A stretch of DNA of 64,000 bases, from assembly GCA_964188305.1 (NCBI GenBank), contig OZ076892.1. One strand, given 5' to 3'. The DNA comes from Podarcis bocagei. Its lineage: Eukaryota. The position numbers and the translations under genes were made by a program. Below, one piece after another: positions 56,501 through 64,000 of the stretch. The notes under the pieces are model-generated. The model had not been told where the DNA came from and made no database searches. It saw only the letters and a program-made list of their open reading frames with translations. The first letter of the stretch is position 1. Every line of letters starts with the position of its first letter.

Positions 56501-59500
56501 TGCTTACATATCCCAACCACTGTAGTAATTTGGCTTTGTACTGCGAAACATAGCCCAACTGCTAGGAGCACCACACAAACGGAGAAATCAGAAGACAAAA
56601 ACAAGTTATTTTTCACATCCTGGTGCCCTCCAACTGTTTGGGACTGCTATGGCCATCATTCCCATGCACTATGGCCAAAGGTCAAGGGGGCAAGATCTGT
56701 AACCCACCACCACCAGGAAGGAACCAGGTTGGAGAAGGCTGGCTTAAGACATGGTCTAAGTATGAATTGTGTATTGATTTGTAATGATTTGTTGGGTCTC
56801 TGGACGGTAATAAAGATTGATTGATTGACATGCTCTAAGTCTATCTATTGCAAAGGCAGCCCAATATTGTGTTTTGGAGCTGCATATGTTTTTGAGCTAC
56901 AACTCCCATTAGCCACAACCAGCATGGCCAAAAATCAGGCATGATGGAAACTGTAGTTTGTCAACATCTGGAGGGCACTACAATGGTTACCCTGCTCCAT
57001 TCCACTGGTCCTCCACTGGTGGGTTGGGATCCACTGCTGGGTCACAGACAGATCTAAGGTAGGTCACAACAGCCGAAATACTACCCTGAAAGTACAGGTA
57101 ACTTTCATCTTATATCAGGGCTAGGTTCCAGGGGCCCATGCATATACACAAAAATAAATTTAGTCATGAACTCCCAGAGTCAGCCCCCCTGCAAGTTCCA
57201 GCGCTACTTGCCCACCTTTGGGAAGGAGGTGGGAGGACTCTAGGACCCTGCCAGAGCCCTCATGCCTCATTCCCAAAGCCCAGTGCCTCACTTATCTGGC
57301 TCTGGGAAGGAGGTGAAAGGCCTCTGGGATGCTTCCAGGGCCCTTGCACTGCTTACCCAAAGCATGGTAAGCCCACAATTGCAGCTTTGCACAGGTGGGG
57401 GGAATAAATAAATGGAGAGTGGGTTTCCTACGCTCTCCATTTACTTAATTATTTCCCTTACCCACCCACGCAAAGCTATGATAGTGCGAGTTACCTGTAT
57501 GTAGTAAAAAAAATTAAGAGATACGTCCCCAAATGCATATTGAGTTGAAGGTGAGTCCCAGGTCTGAAATACCGTATTTTTCGCTCTATAACACGCACCT
57601 GACCATAACACGCACATCGTTTTTAGAGGAGGAAAACAAGGGAAAAAATATTCTGAATGAAACAGTGGACGTATCATTTTTGTGCTTCATGCTGTGGCCA
57701 CAGACATGTGATCTGATGGTGAATTTGGGGTGACCCAATGCAAAAATCCTGAGAATCCCTGTGGATCCATGCTTTGTAACCACGTTTTTGCACCATTGCA
57801 GCCCCAGGCAACAGTGGGTGCGTGATTTTTTTTGGGGGGGGGGACAGGCTGTAGCCATGGACATGCTATGTGCTCTGATGGTGAATTTTGGCTGACCCAA
57901 TGCAAAGATCCTGAGGATCCATGTGGATCCATGCTTTGTAACCACGTTTTTGCACCATTGCAGCCCCAGGCAACAATGGGTGTGTGATTTTGGGGGGGCA
58001 GGCTGTAGCCATGGACATGCTGTGTGCTCTGATGGTGAATTTGGGGTGACCCAATGCAAAGATCCTGAGGATCCATGCTTTGTAACCACATTTTAAGTGG
58101 GGAGGGAAGGAAAAACACAGAAGGCTAAGAATGCAGGAGAGGGCTATAACGTGAGGAAAGGAAGGCAAAAGTTTCCCCCCATCCACCCACCCAAGCCAGC
58201 CAGCGTGCGCTCTCTCTCTCTCCCTCTCCCTCCCACCAGCATGACAGAAGAAAGCATTTTAACTGCATTAAGAACTATTTAGCAGCGAAACCTAAGCTTT
58301 GCCATCCCTTAAGAGGTACAGACACTGTAATCTTCCAGATCGCATGAATTTACAGGCAAAACACTGTTTAAGGATTTCATCCTTTTAAATGGAAGAAAGC
58401 ATATTTGAATGCTGTGTGTCTCCAAAAACAAAAAGCAGGAAGTCAAATCAGAATTTTAAGCCGAACCTGTAATCTCTCTTCCCTTCACAAACATTGTTCC
58501 CTCCGGAGCAGGGAGAGGATAGAGCGACGCTCTGCTCTCCTCTCTACTTGCCTGGAGGGGAGGGGCTTTCCCTGCTCTTTGTTTGGACGCTCTGCTCTCC
58601 TCTCTACTTGCCTGGAGGGGAGGGGCTTTCCCTGCTCTTTGTTCCGTTTGAGCAAACACAGCAACGAAACAGAGCAGGGTGGGCAGTAAGACCCTGAGGC
58701 AGAATGAAGGAAAGCAGCTTCCTGTCTCACGGAGCTCCCTTCTCCCTGAAGCGCGGTTTGATTTTTGCCTCATTTTTCGGCTCCAGGGACACACATTCGC
58801 TCCATAACACGCACAGACATTTCCCCTTCCTTTTTAGGAGCAAAAATCTGCGTGTTATAGAGCGAAAAATACGGTAGTTGAAGACTACAGTATAGCCCTA
58901 ATGTACTGCTTAGAAAAGGAAACTGCTCCTCCTATTGAAAAAGAAAGGAACTACAACTCATGGATCTCTGAGTAACTGGGCTGGTAGATCAGTAGTACCA
59001 ACATTGCTACCTAGGGGAAATATTGATTTAATAAATGTTAGAAATTTATGAATCTTCAGCCACATCCCCAATTCACCAACTTCCTGTTCCTTTGCGACTC
59101 TGCCCTCAAACCACCACAGATGACAGAATGGCAAGCTACTTGCGAAGCTCCTGCACCCAACTGCTAAGGGCACCAACCTGCAAATGCCATGACAGCAAAG
59201 CCAAATGCCAATTTGCCTAGAGCACACAGCCAAAGCAACAATATCCCACTGCAGCACTAAAGATGGCTCTCATGATTCTACAGTTTCGGTCTTCACAGTT
59301 GCACACAGGAGTGTAAAAACGTGTACTCTTCCTGATGAATGTGAGGGATCTATGTATGATTTCTAGGGGTCCCACAGGTCATATCATAGGCTTCTATTTG
59401 TATGGCTCTATTTTTATGGGCTCCACCTAAGAACTAGCATCCTGTATTTTGTTCAGAGGGGACAAAAGTGCAAAGAGGGAAACCTTAAGTACACTATGTG

Positions 59501-62500
59501 CTACCAAGGTGAGGTGGAAGGAAGGCTAGCCAAGTGCCAAGATGGTTAGAAGGAAATGGGACAAAGCAGACACCTGAGGAAAGAAGGAGCTGAAGAATGG
59601 GAGGCACTCTCCTACTTTCTCCTACGTAGGACTGGGGCACAGGGACCATTCAGCAGTGGCAGGAAAGCAAGGGAGGAGCATGTGTTAGTATAGAAGCCAG
59701 ATCTTGACAAATTCTGCCAATTGTAGCTTCTGCTGTCACTGCTACATGATGACCTGGAAGTTATGAGAGTAAAGAAAGAGAGTTCTTCGGGCACAGAATT
59801 TGGGCAGGGGCAATTTCAAATTTACTGAACTTAACCGTTTACTGCAAGCTACACAGTGGCCAGGATTGACTAGAATAATAGAAGAACTAAAACAAAAAAA
59901 ATAAGAATAACCACTCAGTTATTGTCTTGGTAGGATTAGGCATTTGCACAGCACAACAGTTCCCCCACAAAATATTTCCCCTTCAGCCCCACTTACAGTC
60001 TCATTTCTGATGGGTGTGTGTCATCATTGTCTCCCATCACAATTATCCCTTTTAGTTTCACATTGCCGGTAAAACTGCAACAAGAGACAGATTGCTGGTT
60101 TTCCAAGTACAGTAGATTTAAAGCATTTTTTAACAAAAAGATTCCTAGGTGGTGTACTAAAGTGTAACAAAATCTGTACTCATATGATTAAAATCTTGCA
60201 GTAAGAATGTCACACCTTCAACATTGTCCAATGACTCTTCAGAACATTGGAAAGACTGCTGCTGTGGGTTGCCATCTTTACCACCAGTCATACTGCCACC
60301 CAGTCTACCCACAGCTCCTTCTGCACCCCCCTCTGAAATGTCTATTATGGCATCAGCTGCTGGAGAGTGCCATAAACACTTCACATATCCCTAACATATC
60401 ACTCTTTTTGTGGATTTTTAATTGCAACCTGCTTTGAGAGTCAGTCTTTCCTGAAAATCAGGTAGAAACAAAAATAAAATTATAGTAGCCATCTTCCAAA
60501 ATTACCTCTTACAGCTTGACTGCCAACCAGATGCTCTGCATTTCAAGTTACATTTCAAGAGTGAGGAAAAAACAGCACTGAACATGGAGAGACGTGAATG
60601 TCAATAAATCATGCACTCATGCAAAATAGGTACTTACGGAATATTAAACAAAAGCTCTTCATCATCATCGCTTTCTACAAACTAGAAGAAACATAAAACA
60701 TAAAACAAAAAATTTAATATAAGGAAATTTATATCCAGTGAATAAAAATGTTGTCCTGCATGGCACCTTGAGAACACCAGAGGCTACTTTTAGGTTGTAA
60801 TTTTTAAAGAACAAGTTCCTAGCCATCACAGCTAAGAAGAAAAGTCTGGATGCATGTAAGCCGGACAGTAGCAACATAAACTGAAAGAAAGCCTTGCAAA
60901 TAAATGCACATATGTTACATCAACCCGCACATTTCAGCAACCTACACAAAGTTATGCTACTTATTCATTTTCTATTTGAAAAATTGAGGAGGAATCTGCT
61001 TCCACTCTGCAAGACCACCCTCTTGGATTTCCTGGAGGCAATAATGATCCACCCCAAGCAGGTGGCTATTTCGAAGCCTGGGGATGAGGCCATCTCTTAT
61101 GTCTCCCAGAACTAATGCACTGTGACTCACAGACTACACCTGCTGTCAGTCTAACCCTGTTCTCTATGCCCATACCATTCTTGCCCAGATAATTCTATGT
61201 GACTTCAAAACCTGAATTTTAAGTGCACAGACAGAAAATATATAATTTGCCTTAATTCATCTCAGTTGCAGAATGCAGTAATTTTCTAGGCACAGAATTC
61301 TGGACATCTAGGCAAACACATACAAATCTAAGTCTGTCTTCTTTCAAACCTCTTTGCACTTTAAATCCAATACAGGCAAGTACAACTTAACTACCTATAA
61401 AACAGTCCTATAACATAGTGTGCACTGGGAATCTATCAGGAGACATAAGCAATAGTGCCAGATGGCACAGCCACCTCTCTGACCCTTTCCAGTCAATACA
61501 CAAACTGACTGGACCAGGTGGTGTAACAAGACCTGTCCCTTCACAGTCAATGTATTACGTACATTGACAGACAGTACTGGAAACCAGTAAGTTTTTGCTT
61601 CTAAAAGTAGGGCTGTCTTATCTCTCTCTGACCTGAAAAGTACACTGGACATCCTCAACACTTTGTCTCATATGTTCAAGTTCTAATGGGAAAATAGCAT
61701 CACGCTTCACATTACTGTTCCCATCCTAAATATACTGTATGCCTTCTAAAGTAATTTATATTTATATTGATGGAGTTAACTTTCATAGTAAGCATGCAGA
61801 CTCCCGTCAATCTTATTTGCCATATTAAATTTGTGAGCCCTCATAAGAAGAGCTGCTGGATCAGGCCAATAACCCATGTAGTCCAGCATCCAGTTCTCAC
61901 AGAAGAGAACCAGATGCCTGTGGGAAACCCACAAGTAGGACCCGAGAACAAAAGCACTCTCCCTTCCTGCAGTTTCCAGAAACTGGTATACAGAAGCATC
62001 ACCATGGAGGCAGAGCATAGCCATCATGGTTAGTAGCTATTGATAGCCTTATCTCCATAAATTTGTCCCATCCTCTTTTAAAGCCATCCAAGTTGGTGGC
62101 CATCACCACCTCCTGTGGGAGCGAGTCCTGGAGATTAACTATGTGTTGCATGAAAAAGTACTTTATTTGTCCTGAATCTTCCAACATTCAACTTCACTCG
62201 GTGTCCATGAGTTCTAATACTTTGAGAGAAGAAAATGGTTTCCCCCCCTATCCACTTCCTGAATGAGATGCATAATTTTATAAATTTCTATCATGTCACC
62301 TCATACTCGCCTGTTCTCTAAACTACAAAGCCCTGAGTGCTGCAACTTTTTCCCATATGTTTTCCGGGTAAAACTCTAGTTTTTGTTTTCTAAGCATGCC
62401 GGTTTTCAATTTATACTGTTAAGAAGCCACCTTCAGATAGCTTACCTAAGAGGCAGCTTACAAATATCTTAAATAGATAAGCCTTGTTTCTACGGCAACA

Positions 62501-63383
62501 GAATAAACACCGTTACCTCTCTGGAAAATGCTTAGGATTTTTTAAAAGTTTCCACTTCATAACTGAGTTATAATTTGTATGTGGAAAAATACCTTTCTGC
62601 GCAGTTACCACATGCATCCAATAACATTGAATGGGCGGGTGAGTGCCTGGGCGTTTGACACACACCCTTGACCCTCCCTCTGCCCCTCCCCGTAACCAGC
62701 ACCTTCGCTGGGTCGATATCTACGCCAGGTATGAGGAGCCCTGTGGCCCTCCAGATGTTGCTGGACTCCAACTCTCATCAGACTCAGCCAGATGGCCAAT
62801 GATAGGGATGCATGGGTACAGCCAGAGGGAGGAGCAGGTGTCCCCCATCAAGTAAATAAAAAAAAAATTAACTAACTGAACAATTGCGTCTAAGACAACT
62901 CGATTCTGACCCCCTAACCTAAAGCCTGCCCCTCCCCCAAAAATAAATCCTGGATGCTCCCATGCATGGATGTCAGGAGTTGTACTTCAGCAACACCGGG
63001 GTCTAGTGTTGCAACCTGTGCTGGTGCATTGCACCAACGCCCTCCAGGTGTTGTCGAGCTGCAACTCCCTGGCACAGCCCATGGCGAGGCCTGGTAGGAA
63101 TTGCAGCTCAGCAGCACCGAAACGTCCACAAGCTCCTCCTCCCCACAACACCTCCGCGAGGCGAGACAAAAAAAGGAGGGCAGACCTTCTGGCGGTCCCC
63201 GCGGTCTTCCCAGGCGCGGAAGACAAGAGCCCCGCTGCCTTCCCTCCGCTCGTTCAGGCACTCCAGGCGCTCGCGGTCGATGCGCAGGTAAAGGCCCCAG
63301 GCCTGGCCGCGCCGCTCGGGAGGCTCTTCGTGGTCGTCGCTATGGCAACAGCTGCCCCCGCCGTGACTGTGCCCGTGAGACAT
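53404..63383 (-). CDS. PITHD1: PITH domain-containing protein 1, complete spliced CDS, 211 aa
   Basis: Minus-strand exons 63383-63186, 60681-60638, 60074-59997, 56448-56344, 54966-54858, 53505-53404; 636 nt in frame. N-terminus MSHGHSHGGG, LECLNE, ESDDDEELLFNIPFTGNVKLKG, NFGAETTKIFYIGLRG, YEAAANPADH. Confidence 0.98.
54858..54966 (-). CDS. PITHD1: PITHD1 coding exon 5 (IARFSNVYHLSIHISKNFG...EWTE)
   Basis: tttcag / gtaagg; 109 nt. Confidence 0.97.
56344..56448 (-). CDS. PITHD1: PITHD1 coding exon 4 (FKNIPHMSFGDTAREPDQ...EYPTK)
   Basis: tttcag / gtgagt; 105 nt. Confidence 0.96.
57572..58874. mobile_element. Non-autonomous TA-targeting DNA transposon (CCGTATTTTT TIR), 1.3 kb, in PITHD1 intron 3
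   Basis: Perfect 26-bp TIR CCGTATTTTTCGCTCTATAACACGCA, TA TSD; internal ~155-bp and 60-bp tandem repeats. Confidence 0.88.
59997..60074 (-). CDS. PITHD1: PITHD1 coding exon 3 (FTGNVKLKGIIVMGDNDDTHPSEMRL)
   Basis: ttgcag / gtaagt; 78 nt. Confidence 0.96.
60638..60681 (-). CDS. PITHD1: PITHD1 coding exon 2 (FVESDDDEELLFNIP)
   Basis: ttctag / gtaagt; 44 nt. Confidence 0.96.
61840..62360 (-). mobile_element. CR1 LINE 3' fragment
   Basis: cataagaagagctgctggatcaggcca end; translation ...SLPQEVVMATNLDGFKRGWDKFM matches the CR1 ORF2 C-terminus. Confidence 0.8.
63186..63383 (-). CDS. PITHD1: PITHD1 coding exon 1
   Basis: gccATG at 63383; donor aag|gtctgc; 198 nt. Confidence 0.96.
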
Positions 63384-63570
63384 GGCCGAGCGCGTGGCGA
63401 CGCCCCCGCACGCCCCGTTCCCCGCAGCGATAGCAGCAAACACGCAGCCACACGCACTGAGCAGAGGGAAAGAACCCGGATGTCAACAATGGCAGAGCAT
63501 GCGCACTGCCGCCTTCAAAGGCATCTCCCGGCCCTGTGAGATGAGGCCGGCCTCCCTTGGTTCCTCCCGC
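63384..63570 (-). promoter_or_regulatory. PITHD1: PITHD1 CpG-island promoter / 5'UTR
   Basis: CpG-rich; NRF1-like GCATGCGCA at 63497-63505; CCGGA motifs. Confidence 0.7.
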
Positions 63571-63643
63571 ATCTCTTGAAACACGGTGCCCGTTTTGTAA
63601 TAGAGCTAGAAAAAGTATAGAGTGTCCCCGCACAAACTGAACT

Positions 63644-63746
63644 AATCTAGTCCAACCCCTTGCAATGGAGAAATATGATGGTAGCCCGTGTGGGGATCGA
63701 ACCTGCGACCTTGGCATGATCAGCACCACGCCCTAACCACCAGAGC
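63644..63746 (-). mobile_element. tRNA-Ile-derived SINE with CR1-type tail (POM-like)
   Basis: Minus strand reads ggttagggcgtggtgctgatcatgccaaggtcgcaggttcgatcccc (tRNA-Ile like), then ttgcaaggggttggactagat (CR1 3' end); 5' acceptor stem missing. Confidence 0.7.
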
Positions 63747-64000
63747 ATTTATCATTAATGTTATTGTTATTAGTTACGCACTCTTCATCCCAAGGTCCCA
63801 GGGCAAGTTACAACATTAAAACACAATATAAAAAAACAGTTCAAAACAACTTACAACCCCAACAGCAATATGAGTCTTAAACGTACAAATATCAAGTGTC
63901 AGTAAGCAACTGAGGTGTAAGTGACATTCATGTGCCATTACTTGGTCATAGACAGTGTCTCCTGAAACTAAGTCACACTCTATACCAGAGCTTTCCAAAC

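Noticed and set aside
57713-58091. CRISPR-like repeat-spacer array
   Set aside because: Eukaryotic DNA; the units are contiguous ~155-bp tandem copies without unique spacers, inside a TIR element.
62970-63539. 189-aa plus-strand ORF
   Set aside because: Antisense to PITHD1 exon 1 within a CpG island.
63683-63746. tRNA-Ile-like gene
   Set aside because: The 5' acceptor stem is missing and it is fused to a CR1-type tail, so it is a SINE head.

Overview
Vertebrate genomic DNA, most likely a squamate lizard (probably a lacertid). The repeat content supports this: a Bov-B LINE, a Sauria SINE, Squam3-type tRNA SINEs and a tRNA-Ile/CR1 SINE. The window holds three complete, intact spliced housekeeping genes in the human-like syntenic arrangement. 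GALE (+) has 10 coding exons at 9504-17543 and encodes 347 aa. It is convergent with LYPLA2/APT2 (-), 9 coding exons at 39233-26982, 232 aa. PITHD1 (-) has 6 coding exons at 63383-53404, 211 aa. All introns are GT-AG and each gene has a CpG-island promoter. Almost all short ORFs in the supplied track are spurious. The most unusual signals are in the non-autonomous DNA transposons. (1) A hAT-type composite at 23733-24622 has a perfect 8-bp TSD, a duplicated right end, telomere-like repeats and ~680 bp of CpG-island-like cargo. (2) A TA-targeting family with CCGTATTTTT ends has copies that share termini but carry unrelated interiors (Pack-TIR-like). There are also multi-layer nested insertions, long intronic hairpins and two RFX X-boxes at PITHD1, one inside the coding exon. 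Repeat family names and comparisons with human proteins come from recall, not from database searches.
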